Origin: Bryobacterales bacterium
GTDB taxonomy: Bacteria > Acidobacteriota > Terriglobia > Bryobacterales > UBA6623
Assembly (NCBI GenBank): GCA_963422375.2
Contig: OY729428.2
Location: 2,464,001-2,528,000 of the forward strand
Direction: 5' to 3'
DNA: 64,000 nucleotides
Both the position numbers and the translations under genes were made by a program. Each line of letters begins with the position of its first letter. Within the stretch, counting starts at the first letter, position 1. A model generated the notes under the pieces. It was not told the DNA's origin. It was given only the letters and a program-made list of their open reading frames with translations, and did no database searches. Shown here one piece after another: positions 1-9,200 of the stretch.

Positions 1-375
1 GCCGTCGTAGACGCACTTGGCGTTGATCGACAGCCCGGGTAGGGCTGCCCGGGCGATGTCGAGCAGGCCGCCGATCATGATGTCGAGGCGGGCCTTCAGA
101 ACCCCCCCCCTCTGCCGGTAGGGCACGATCACGGCGGAAGCGCCGTCGGGCATCACGCCGCGCTCGGCGCAGGCGAGCAGCGACTGGCGCAGCGACGTCG
201 GGTCGCACGAGGCGATGCCCGGGTTGGAGAGCAGGGCGTTCAGCGCGATCCGCGCGAACGCCTTCTCGGAGATGCCGACGCGCTCGAGCAAGGGCTCGGC
301 GTCCTTGGCGGCTGTGTCGACGACCCTCTTGGCGAGGGCCATCGACTGCCTGGTCTGGCTCTTGTGTTGTGTCAT
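1..375 (-). CDS. recT: RecT-family phage single-strand annealing protein (N-terminal part, runs off the window edge)
   Basis: Not in the ORF track. Manual translation from ATG at 375 (GAGAGGA just upstream): MTQHKSQTRQSMALAKRVVDTAAKDAEPLLERVGISEKAFARIALNALLSNPGIASCDPTSLRQSLLACAERGVMPDGASAVIVPYRQRGGVLKARLDIMIGGLLDIARAALPGLSINAKCVYDG. This follows the RecT pattern F.R.al..np.l..C.p.Sl..a..Gl.P..vPy..Gl..lar..i.a..Vye. Confidence 0.8.
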   Translation of the reverse strand, partial: MTQHKSQTRQSMALAKRVVDTAAKDAEPLLERVGISEKAFARIALNALLSNPGIASCDPTSLRQSLLACAERGVMPDGASAVIVPYRQRGGVLKARLDIMIGGLLDIARAALPGLSINAKCVYDG

Positions 376-393
376 TCCTCTCGGACGCCGCTT

Positions 394-1143
394 CTACGGC
401 CCGGCGTCTCCTGGCCGATCGGATCGCGACGGGGAGGCGCACCCGCAGGCCGGCACCGGGCAGCTCTGGCAGTGAGGCCCGGGGCTCGGCAGGGGTTCCG
501 CCCGCCGCGAGAGAACGTCCGCGACCCGCGAGACGCGGGCGGCGGCATCGGCGACCGCGGGCGGGGCCGGGCGGATCTCCACCGCGGCCGGGCCGCCCTT
601 CGGCCCGCGCGGGCGGCGGGCCACGATCAGGCTCTCGACGGGATCGCCGTCGAACAGGCCCGCCCGCTCGATCGCGAGAGCGTAGGCCCCGAGCTGCACC
701 AGGGCGTGGTCCGCCCGGCGGCCGGTCTTGTAGTCGAGCAGGGCCAGGGGCCCCCGGCCGGGCCGCTCGGGCGTCTCCGGCAGGCGCAGGGCCAGGTCCG
801 CCCGCCCGTCGAGCACGGCTCCGTCCAGCGGCGACCGCACGGCCACCTCGCACGCCAGGGGTGTCATGCACAGCGGCGCGACGGCCTCGCGCAGGTCGAA
901 GGCGATGGCCCGGGCCTGCGCCCGCGCCATCCGCGGGCTGGTCGTCAGGTGGTCGTAGGTGGCCGGCTCGGGCAGCGGGGGCGGCTCCTGGCCGGCCATC
1001 AGGGCGTGGACGGCGGTGCCGACCCAGCCGGCGATGTGCTCGGGCCCGCGGGGCCGGGGGCGGGAGAACTCGAAGTCCGCCCGGCGCTCGCAGCGGCACC
1101 ATGCGCCGAGCGAGGAGGGGTGGACCCGGAGCTCCCCGGTCAC
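394..1143 (-). CDS. PD-(D/E)XK nuclease, Cas4/AddB-like, with probable Fe-S staple cysteines
   Basis: Motifs SSLGAWCRC, GTAVHALM, GRADL, LLDYKTG, VQLGAYA and C-terminal HCQSCPVPAC. GAGGAG RBS precedes the GTG start. Confidence 0.85.
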   Translation of the reverse strand: MTGELRVHPSSLGAWCRCERRADFEFSRPRPRGPEHIAGWVGTAVHALMAGQEPPPLPEPATYDHLTTSPRMARAQARAIAFDLREAVAPLCMTPLACEVAVRSPLDGAVLDGRADLALRLPETPERPGRGPLALLDYKTGRRADHALVQLGAYALAIERAGLFDGDPVESLIVARRPRGPKGGPAAVEIRPAPPAVADAAARVSRVADVLSRRAEPLPSPGPHCQSCPVPACGCASPSRSDRPGDAGP

Positions 1144-1170
1144 GGGCGCTCCTCGCGGGCGGAGGGCCCG

Positions 1171-1192
1171 TGGACAGATCCTGGACAGATCC
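1171..1192. repeat. 11-bp tandem direct repeat TGGACAGATCC x2, possible integrase arm-type sites
   Basis: Exact copies at 1171-1181 and 1182-1192, about 100 bp from the tRNA CCA end. Confidence 0.5.
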
Positions 1193-1292
1193 GGGCGCTG
1201 CGGGGCCGGATGAATCCGGCAAGGGTCCGGCCCGCCGCCAAGGCGGCCGTGGCGGATCTATTGCCTTCTAGGCAGTTGGGTCGAGCCGGGAG

Positions 1293-1369
1293 TGGTCGGG
1301 GCGCCGAGATTTGAACTCGGGACCTCTTGCTCCCGAAGCAAGCGCGCTACCAGGCTGCGCCACGCCCCG
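1293..1369 (-). tRNA. tRNA-Pro (anticodon CGG)
   Basis: Reverse complement CGGGGCGTGGCGCAGCCTGGTAGCGCGCTTGCTTCGGGAGCAAGAGGTCCCGAGTTCAAATCTCGGCGCCCCGACCA: 77 nt, cloverleaf, anticodon arm CTTGC-TTCGGGA-GCAAG, GTTCAAAT T-loop, encoded CCA. Confidence 0.98.
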
Positions 1370-1442
1370 CCCCGACTCTCGGTCTAGACCATTTGACCCG
1401 CTCCGGAGACCATCGCCCCCGCCCTTGGCGCGCGCACAGCGG

Positions 1443-1760
1443 CTAGGCCTCGGTCGCCGAACCGTCGCCGCGTTTCGGAGCAAGATCCGCAATGATCTTC
1501 TTGCCCAGATCCACCGCCTCTTTGCCGGCGTCACGGGCTTCCGTCGCGAAGCTCTTGCCTTGGTCGAGTACCTCGCGACCGAATTCCGCCACGTCCCGTC
1601 CCTTGCGTCCAGCGAAGTCCTTGCCCCGGGATGCCGCATCGGCGAGGGAATCTCGGGCTTCCCTGCCCGACTTCGGCGCGAAGAGGATCGCCGTCACGGC
1701 ACCGACCGTTATGCCCGCGAGGAACCATGCGATGTTTCCGGAATCCTTGCCTTTTGCCAT
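1443..1760 (-). CDS. YtxH domain-containing protein
   Basis: FLAGITVGAVTAILFAPKSGREAR signature. GGGAGG RBS and TATAAT upstream on the minus strand. Confidence 0.88.
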   Translation of the reverse strand: MAKGKDSGNIAWFLAGITVGAVTAILFAPKSGREARDSLADAASRGKDFAGRKGRDVAEFGREVLDQGKSFATEARDAGKEAVDLGKKIIADLAPKRGDGSATEA

Positions 1761-1828
1761 GCCTGCCTCCCACTTACATTATACGACTGCGAATCGGAGA
1801 GCTATCCGCGCGCCCTTGGTCACGTCGC

Positions 1829-2734
1829 TTACCACAGCCGCTGCCGCGCGTTCTCGGCCGCTCCGGTCAGCCCGGCCGCGTCGCCCAGCTCCGACACCTC
1901 GACTCGGAACGCATCGCGCGACGTCGGAGGAAGCATGGCTCGCGCGGACTTCAGCAGAGCGTCCTCGAACAACGCCAGCCTCCGGCTGACCGAACCGCCG
2001 AGCACGACGACCGACGGGTCGAGGACGCAGCAAATGGTCGCGACCGCGGTGCCCACGAGCCGCCCGTAGGCCTGCCAAGCGCGAGTGGCGTCGACATCTC
2101 CCGCCTCGGCGAGGTCGCCGATGTCCCTAGCCGTCAGGTTCCTGTCCGAGCCGGTGCCCTTGGCGCGCCGATACTGGCGCTCGACGCCCGGCCCCGAGCA
2201 GGCGTGATCGAAGTCGGACTCGCCTACCCGGCAATAGGCCACCTCGCCGGCGTTGCTGGTCGCGCCCGAGAAGATTCTCTTGCCTATCGAGATGCCGCAG
2301 CCGAAGCCGGTCCCGAGAGTGATGCCGAGCACGATCTCCTTGGACCGCCCAGCCCCGTGGATCGCCTCTCCGAGCGCGAAGCACGCTGCATCGTTCTCAA
2401 GGTGCAGTGGGGCCCCGAGCTCGTGGAGGCTGAACTTGCCGATGTTGAACCCCACCAGGTTCGGCAGCGAGTCCCGGTCGTGCAGGACGTTGTTCTCCGT
2501 GTCGAGCGGGCCCGAACTGCCCATGCCGACCACCAGCGGGTTTCCCTGCACGCCCGCCTCGAGCTTGGCCTGCTTCACGACCCGCTTCATGTTGGTCAGC
2601 GTTACCGCCGGCTGCATGCGCGCCATCGTCGGCAGGCGGGCAACCTTTCCCAGGCGATTGCCGCTCAGGTCAAAGGCGGCGGCCGCGATCTTCGTTCCCC
2701 CTAAGTCAATCCCTATCAGGAAGTTATCAGCCAT
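1829..2734 (-). CDS. ROK family sugar kinase (glucokinase-like)
   Basis: IGIDLGGTK, LENDA, ITLGTGFGCG, AGEV and VVLGG motifs. Start trimmed to ATG 2734 (MADNFL). Confidence 0.92.
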   Translation of the reverse strand: MADNFLIGIDLGGTKIAAAAFDLSGNRLGKVARLPTMARMQPAVTLTNMKRVVKQAKLEAGVQGNPLVVGMGSSGPLDTENNVLHDRDSLPNLVGFNIGKFSLHELGAPLHLENDAACFALGEAIHGAGRSKEIVLGITLGTGFGCGISIGKRIFSGATSNAGEVAYCRVGESDFDHACSGPGVERQYRRAKGTGSDRNLTARDIGDLAEAGDVDATRAWQAYGRLVGTAVATICCVLDPSVVVLGGSVSRRLALFEDALLKSARAMLPPTSRDAFRVEVSELGDAAGLTGAAENARQRLW

Positions 2735-3299
2735 AAACTGCTCTTTCGCCTGAAACGCCTCCCGGGACCGGAAGCGCGCTTGAGGCTGCGGTCCCGACGT
2801 CGCCGTGGACGGGCGCGGCCATGCTCTCTGCACGCCCGCGGCCGAGCCCTGGCGGCCCGGCGGGCACCTCGAGCGGCCGCTGCCGCGATCTCGGCACTGC
2901 GCCCAGCTGCCTTGGCGTCGGCGAACCCAAGGATCCACGACGACCAACTCGAGCCGCCTCGCGAGGGCGGCAACCGCCCGGATTCCCGGACTCCAACCAG
3001 GATCCGAGGGCCGCGCGGCATCGTCGGCCAACTGCCCGCCGACCCGCACCGGTTGCAGGCTGGGCAACCCCATAAGGCCGCGCCACGGCCGAGAGGACCT
3101 TGCCTGCAAACGCTCTCATTACCGAGACGCCGCCAATGCGCGAGATTAGCACGGGACGGCCTGTCCGGCACGCCAAGCGCAATCCCGTTGGCCGGGACAG
3201 TCCGTCGGCAGGCCGAAGGACAGCGCCGCGGGTAGCCAGCGCTATCGCTGCATGGACTGCGCGCGACGCGCCGACGCCGCATCCCGGACCCGCACCCGC

Positions 3300-4790
3300 G
3301 GACTTGCCAGGTCCGGCGAATCGCCCGGGTGGGGCCACCTCGTCTAACTGGCGCACTAGCTTGACGTGTCGGTTGAAATTGGCTGCCTTCCGCTCCCACG
3401 ACTTGAGCGCCTTGGTGCAAACGAGGGTGTGCTGCCGGCTCGATTGGTCGGTCGTCCGGCTGATGTCGAAACTGTCGTTGATGATCACGTCGCTGATGTG
3501 CCGACGCAAGTCGAACGACAGGCTGAAGCGAACCTCGGTCGCAACCGGGCGTCTGCAAGCTTGCGCGAGCTTGCGACAGTGTTCGCACCCGCAGGAGGTC
3601 GGCGGACTGATCCGCCGGTCCTTCGGGCGCGGAGGCAGTTTGGGCAGGGTCTTCAGCAAGCTCTCCGCGGAATGAAGCCACAGCGATTCGCACGCCTCCC
3701 GACCGGCACGGGCCACATCCTCCCGGCGCACTTCGACTAGCGCCGAGGCAGGGTTCACCTGCCACGGGTGCCGCACGACCGGCACAGCCGCGTCGCGAAG
3801 CTCTCGCTCCATACCGAGACTGCACCCCTCGTAGAGCGTGTCCCGGACTGCGTCGGCATCCAGATTCCGCGGCTTCGGCTGATTCCAGTCGGGCTCTGCC
3901 TTGATGCGCTTCGGCTCGAGCGCTTGCACGAGCGCCGCGAGGGCGCCCCGGGCCGCGTCGGAGTTGGGCTGGACGACGACGCTATCCGGGCCCTCTGGCC
4001 GCACACGGCTCAGGCGCGCCAAGAGCCCGAACGCCCCGCCGATGTGCTCAGGAACAATACGGCTCGCGAACTCCGAGAGAGATCGCCCATGACTGCCGTC
4101 GGGACGCCGGCGACCCGTCCAACAATCGCCTCGGGCATCCGCTCGGCGTGATTCGGGAGCACAACAGCTATCAGGAAGCGCTCGGTCAGGGAGTCGTCCG
4201 CGACGTTCGCCGGCAGGCGGAGGGTCTTCGCGACAGTCTCTGCAGCGCGCAGATCAGCGCTCCTGAACATCCAGGACTGCCCCCCAGCGGCCAGGCGCTG
4301 ATAAGCTGAGCAGCCGGGGCCTGCCCGAAGGACTTGCTCTGCTCGTCCCGTGCCTCGCGGCCCAGTGCCACCGACGCATGACCCGCAGCCTCGATTAGGG
4401 AACTGTCCGCATTGACCGACACGAGCTTCGAGCGCGGGCAGACTACGAGCGCCCCCAAGCGGTATCGGCGTGCCAGCGTCGACCCTTCGTTTCCGGAAGC
4501 TTCAAGCAGCACCTGGTTGTCGGGAGCCACCCCTTCCTCGGCCCCCTGCGGCAGCGCCTCGCCGGGGAGCCAGCGGACCTCGGGAAGATCCGAGACATCT
4601 GCGTCGGTTCCCGTCCAGCCGCCTCGGGGCAGCGACCGGTCAAGAAGCTCGATGAAGGAGCAGTCCACTCCGGTGATGTTGACCCTGCGCCCGTGAACGT
4701 TCCAGAGTTCGGAGTCGTCGGTCAGGCCGGACCCTTCTGCATTCGGAACGGCGAGGCGCAGATCGCACCCGGCACCCTGGGAAGCTTCGC
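3300..4790 (-). pseudogene. C-terminal part of a large 2OG-Fe(II) oxygenase-family gene, frameshifted
   Basis: Fragments in several frames (LLEASGNEGSTLARRYRLGALVVCPR; SCGCEHCRKL...RRHI...HTLVCTK). It joins in frame to 8359+ once the IS is removed. The 3' end is approximate. Confidence 0.65.
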
Positions 4791-6055
4791 TAAGGGCTTT
4801 GATCGATATTAAGTTTCCAACTTCGTCGTGGATGTAGTTCGTAGTTCCAATCACCGTGGAACTCGTTCCGATGGAGCGACAGGGCGTCCATCTTCGCCTT
4901 CGTTACTGCCTCACCGGTCGGGTACTTTCTATTGTCAAGTTCGGCTTTGACCCGAAGGCCGGCGGCTGTGCGCGTACCGCCGATCAAGTCGACAACGGTC
5001 TCAAATGTACGCAGTGGCTTGCCTCGCCAATTCTGCGTGACGTGGCAGAACAGGCGGCGCTCAATCTTATGCCATGGACTGGTCCCCGGCGGGAAGCGGC
5101 TGACGTGGATGCGAAGACATGTCCGGTCAGCGAACTTCTGCAGCCGATGCTTCCAGGCGCGAGAGCGATACCCGTTGCTACCGCCCGCATCGGCAGCGAT
5201 GAACAGCTCGCCAGCCTCGGGGTAGCGGCGCTTCCCCGTCTCGTTCCACCACCGTCGCAGCGAGGCCGCGGCAAACGCGGGCGTGCCGTGATCACGTCCG
5301 ACATGCACCCAGGCTTCGTTGCGCCCCATGTCATGGATGCCATACGGCATCGCTTTGCCGGACGAGTCCTTGGGAAAATCATGCACCAGTGATTTCCCGG
5401 GGCTCCCCTGCGGTTGCCATGCCCGCCCGCCGTTCTTGAATTCACCCGCCAGTTCCTTCTTCTCGGTGTCGACCGAGACCACCGGCTGACAACGTTGCGG
5501 GAAATCATCCGCCTTCGTATGGATGTGCTCGAACTGCGCGTCCCGGTCGGGGCGGGTTGTCCCTTCGAGACTCTTGCGCACCGATTGCAGGCTGCAGCCA
5601 AGCTCGTGCAGTGAACCGCTCGCCGTCGTCGAACTCACCTGCCAACCCGCCTGCGACAACGCCGCCTGCGACAACGCCGCGGTGAGCTTCGCCCGACTCT
5701 TGCATGTCCAGCGCAACGGCGACTCCGGGTCACCGCGCGTCAACGGGTCGACCAGCTTCTCCAGCGCTTGCTCGATGCCCGGCCGCGACTGCTCGATGCC
5801 GGGCCGGGCGGCGCCCGGGCGGCGTATCCGACCGCGTTCAACACTGCCGGATTCCAGCTCTCGACGCCCCGCGCGGATGGCGCGGATGGTCGGGCGCGAC
5901 AACCCAGTCGCGTCCGATACCAGCGCATCTCCCCCATACCCGATGGCACGCGACTCCGTCGCCGCCCATAGCCGACGCCCGCGCTCGTCGAGAAACGCTT
6001 CCACCGCCGCGTACTGCTCAACAATTGTCGCTTCGAGTTCAAGATTGCGTCTCAT
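4790..6055 (-). CDS. ISAzo13-family DDE transposase (possibly degenerate)
   Basis: LDERGRRLWAA, TRGDPESPLRWTCKS, VVSVDTEKKE, ADAGGSNG and FPPGTSPWHKIERRLF motifs. Contains in-frame micro-duplications. Confidence 0.9.
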   Translation of the reverse strand: MRRNLELEATIVEQYAAVEAFLDERGRRLWAATESRAIGYGGDALVSDATGLSRPTIRAIRAGRRELESGSVERGRIRRPGAARPGIEQSRPGIEQALEKLVDPLTRGDPESPLRWTCKSRAKLTAALSQAALSQAGWQVSSTTASGSLHELGCSLQSVRKSLEGTTRPDRDAQFEHIHTKADDFPQRCQPVVSVDTEKKELAGEFKNGGRAWQPQGSPGKSLVHDFPKDSSGKAMPYGIHDMGRNEAWVHVGRDHGTPAFAAASLRRWWNETGKRRYPEAGELFIAADAGGSNGYRSRAWKHRLQKFADRTCLRIHVSRFPPGTSPWHKIERRLFCHVTQNWRGKPLRTFETVVDLIGGTRTAAGLRVKAELDNRKYPTGEAVTKAKMDALSLHRNEFHGDWNYELHPRRSWKLNIDQSP

Positions 6056-6086
6056 CGGATGACGAGAACACAAAACTCAGAACATG

Positions 6087-7528
6087 GAGCCTTTTGCAAA
6101 ATTCAGAAAAGAGGGCTGACCGCCCCATGAACGACTAGTTTCCGGGCTGTTATGCTCGCCGAAAAAGACCCCCTGCAGCTGGGCTTGCTCGGCTGCGGGG
6201 CGCTCCTGCGGGGATCGGCCCCGTGCAGGCGCAGCTCTCCCGGCCCGGCCCTGCGGGCGGGCGCTCTGCCCGGCCGTCCCGGCGGCCCGGGCTCTCGGAG
6301 CGCCAGGCGCAGGAGCTGCGCGACCGTCAGCGCGAGCACGCCGAACAGGAGGTGGCACAGCACCTTGCCGCGGACGCGCACGCGGCGCCCGCCGCAATCG
6401 TCCTTCAGGCGGCCGTTGACACGCTCCACCGTCGAGCGCTCGCGGTAGCGCAGCTTGGCGGGCTCCGCCCGCCCGGCGCTGCGCAGCGCCGGGGCCTCCC
6501 GTGCCAGATCCGCCTGCAGCTCGTCCGGCCGCGCGGGTTGACAGCGATGAGCGGCACGTGCCCGAGCCGCTCGCTGAAGGCCCCGATCCCGGCCGCGTCG
6601 CGCGCGCTGTCCATCCGGTCGTACAGGTTGTCGACGCGGCCCGCGGTCCGTGTCGCCAGCGGGATCGCGGCCTGATCGCGGCCTGGCTGTCGTGCAGCGA
6701 AGCCGCGGTGAGCAGGCAGCTGACCGGGATCCCGCCGTCGATCGCGTCGATAGGCAGCTTGTGGCCGCGCCAGTCGGCGCGGAGCGGGCGGCCGCTGCTC
6801 GCCCTTGCGAGGGCGCTTGCGTTTCGGCTCCGGTTCCGGCGCGGGCTTCCCGGCGGGCCGCTCGCGGCCCTCGACGGCGGTCGAGTCGCGGGAGACGCGC
6901 CCTGCCAAGCGGCCGTCGAGCGTCCGCGCGAGCAGCGCCTGGTGCAAGCGTCCGGACAGTTCGCCGGCGGCGAACTCGGCGCAGGCGCGCGAGAAGGTTG
7001 CCTCGCCGGGCACGGCCCCGGCCAGGTCCCAGCCGCACAGTCGGCGCAGGGTGCGATCGGTCTGCAGGCGCTCGACCGGCGAGCGCGTAGCGGGCTGGTC
7101 GAAGACGGCCTTGGCGATGCAGGCGCGCGCCATGGCGGCGCGGCTTGCGCGGGGGCGGCCGCGGCCGCCCTGCCCGACGGGCAGGCAGTCCTCGACCTGC
7201 GCCCGTTCCACCGCTTGGACGAAGCTGCGGCAGCGCTCGCCGAGGGGGCCGAGTTCCTGCTCGAGCCAGGGGAACAGCCCCTGCTGGAACGTGAACCAGT
7301 ACGCGGATACGGTTTCTATCAAGGACATATTCGTTGAATCCTGCCAGCTGCTTACTAGGCTTGCATTACAATAATAGCACGGAGGGCAAGGGATCTCCAG
7401 AAAACTCAAAACGCATGACAAGCCATTAAAACTACATTTACTACAGTCCTATTCCATTGATTATATCGAATACTTAATAGACTAACTAAATGATAATGCT
7501 ATTAGCTCGGGATTCTTGCAAAAGGCTC
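6087..7528 (-). pseudogene. IS copy A: both IRs present, transposase frameshifted and internally deleted
   Basis: FQQGLFPWLEQELGPL, ARACIAKAVF, LRRLCGW, SRDSTAVEGRE and RSTVERVNGRLKD split over frames. The second IR GATTCTTGCAAAAGGCTC ends at 7528. Confidence 0.85.
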
Positions 7529-8327
7529 ATGCTGAACGACCTGCCGAAGGACTGCGATACCGGCACCAAGCGCAACGCCAAGGGCCATACCGTCAGCTGG
7601 CGCGGCTACAAGCTGCATGGCTACAAGCTGCCTATCGACGCGATCGACGGCGGGATCCCGGTCAGCTGCCTGCTCGCCGCGGCTGCGCTGCACGACAGCC
7701 AGGCCGCGATCAGGCCGCGACCAGGCCGCGATCCCGCTGGCGACACGGACCGCGGGCCGCGTCGGCAACCTGTACGACCTGATGGACAGCGCGCGCGACG
7801 CGGCCGGGATCGGGGCCTTCAGCGAGCGGCTCGGGCACGTGCCGCTCATCGATGTCAACCCGCGCGGCCGGACGGAGCTGGCGGCCGGACGGAGCTGAAG
7901 GCGGATCTGGAACGGGAGGCCAAGGCGCTGCGCTGCGCCGGGCGGGCGGATCCGGCGAAGCTGCGCTACCGGCAGCGCTCGACGGTGGAGCGTGTCAACG
8001 GCCGCCTGAAGGACGATTGCGGCGGGCGCCGCGTGCGCGTCCGCGGCAAGGTGCTGTGCCACCTCATGTCCGGCGTGCTCGCGCTGACGGTGGAGCGGCT
8101 CCTGCGCCTGGCGCTCCGAGAGCCCGGGCCGCCGGGACAGCCGGGAAGACCGCCCGCCCGCAGGGCCGGGCCGGGAGAGCTGCGCCTGCACCGGGCCGCT
8201 CCTCGCAGGAGCGCCCCGAAGCCGAGCAAGCCCAGCTGCAGGGGGTCTTTTTCGGCGAGAATAACAGCCCGGAAACTAGTCGTTCATGGGGCGGTCAGCC
8301 CTCTTTTCTGAATTTTGCAAAAGGCTC
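7529..8327 (+). pseudogene. IS copy B: 3' half only of the same transposase family
   Basis: Begins MLNDLPKDCDTGTKRNAKGHTVSWRGYKLH directly after the copy A IR. Near-identical in inverted orientation to roughly 6087-6760. Confidence 0.85.
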
Positions 8328-8358
8328 CATGGAAATCTAATTTCCGACAACGCCCTAA

Positions 8359-9200
8359 GGGTCATCGCGACCCACCTGTCGCTGTCCGTCAGCAAACTGA
8401 AGCGCAGGCCGGCATTGAGGTGCATGTGGTCCATCGCCCACACGATCTTCGCCGGCACCGGGTCGCTAGCGGCCCAGCAGGAAAGGATGCGGGCAGCCTC
8501 GTCCGCCTGTTCCGCGTAGTCGGGGGCGGCAGCGGGAACCGGCGCCGAATCGGGCTTGACGACGAGGTTGCCGACGGGCGAGACCCGATGGCCTTCCAGG
8601 ACTGGATTCGCGAGGTGCTCTCAATCCGCATGGAAGGCGGCGAACCGGAGCTCGTTCGGATGCGCCGTCCGAAGGTCGACGCTTCCGTGCCGGATCGCGA
8701 GGTCCCCGCCTTGTCCGGTCGCCGGCAGGGACACCACCAAGGCAGCCACCATGCCGCCCGTTTTCTCGATGTTGCGGCGGGCCGAAAAGCCCCCGGTCTC
8801 GTATTGCGAGGAGCTCGTAGAGCTGCACCGTGATGCAGGCAACGTCGATTCCCAAGTCCCCGCGACGGCCGTCAGGATCGCCTCAAGCGCCGCATTCCAC
8901 CGGACTCAGCTGGCTTCACACCGCCGGGGCCGACTTGCCAGCAGTCCCGCACGGAGGCATCCACAAGCGTTTCTGTGCCCAGTCCCTAGGGGCCCGCTCA
9001 TCCACCTTGACGAGGGCCTGATCCTGGTGCGGGAGAACCGGGAACCCTATCGTTTCGACTTTGGTGACGCTCACGCACGGTGACGCGGCGAGCAGCTTGC
9101 CGTAGGAGAAGTAGTCGCCACTTCGGTCGATCAATCTGAGAATGCGCTCGAGTCGCGCGTGCTGCGCCCGGTACTCGAGTTCGAGGCCCTCCATTGACAT
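8359..9200 (-). pseudogene. N-terminal part of the 2OG-Fe(II) oxygenase-family gene, frameshifted
   Basis: Fragments LIDRSGDYFSYG...IGFPV, QLYELL / YETGGFSARRNIEKTGGMVAALVVSLP...GGDLAIRH, FAAFHAD and PAKIVWAMDH...AGLRF in different frames. Confidence 0.7.

Larger units (their letters stand above)
1..1292. mobile_element. Probable end of a prophage or integrative element inserted at the tRNA-Pro 3' end
   Basis: Phage-type exonuclease and RecT genes lie directly downstream of the tRNA 3' end, with host-type genes on the other side. The integrase and the second att site are not visible in this window. Confidence 0.6.
6087..8327. mobile_element. Composite of two inverted IS copies (IS1182/IS5-like DDE family) bounded by the same terminus, with 4-bp CATG duplication
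   Basis: GAGCCTTTTGCAAAATTCAGAAAAGAGGGCTGACC at 6087 and its reverse complement ending at 8327. CATG at 6083-6086 and 8328-8331. Confidence 0.85.
4794..8355 (-). mobile_element. ISAzo13-family IS carrying a nested insertion
   Basis: Imperfect terminal IRs GGGCTTTGATCGATATTAAGTTTCC (from 4794) and GGAAATCTAATTTCCGACAACGCCC (ending 8355), flanked by TAA at 4791-4793 and 8356-8358. Confidence 0.85.

Noticed and set aside
102..110. C9 homopolymer in recT (also G8 at 22712-22719 and 33613-33620) as phase-variation tracts
   Set aside because: All are in frame, and runs of this length are unremarkable at this GC content. No variation can be shown without reads.
394..1143. Calling the nuclease a CRISPR Cas4 or a CRISPR locus
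   Set aside because: I saw no repeat-spacer array and no other cas gene in the window. The context is phage recombination.
364..1314. Long plus-strand ORFs here and many other overlapping or antisense ORFs in the track (e.g. 17174-18838, 27017-28897, 40075-41976)
   Set aside because: Arg/Pro/Gly/Ala-rich shadow frames of real genes, as expected in high-GC DNA.
2735..3109. N-terminal extension of the ROK ORF (and similar extensions on ORFs 23590, 24135, 47999, 49153 and 60440)
   Set aside because: Family motifs and signal peptides begin at later starts. The extensions are low-complexity or overlap neighbouring genes.
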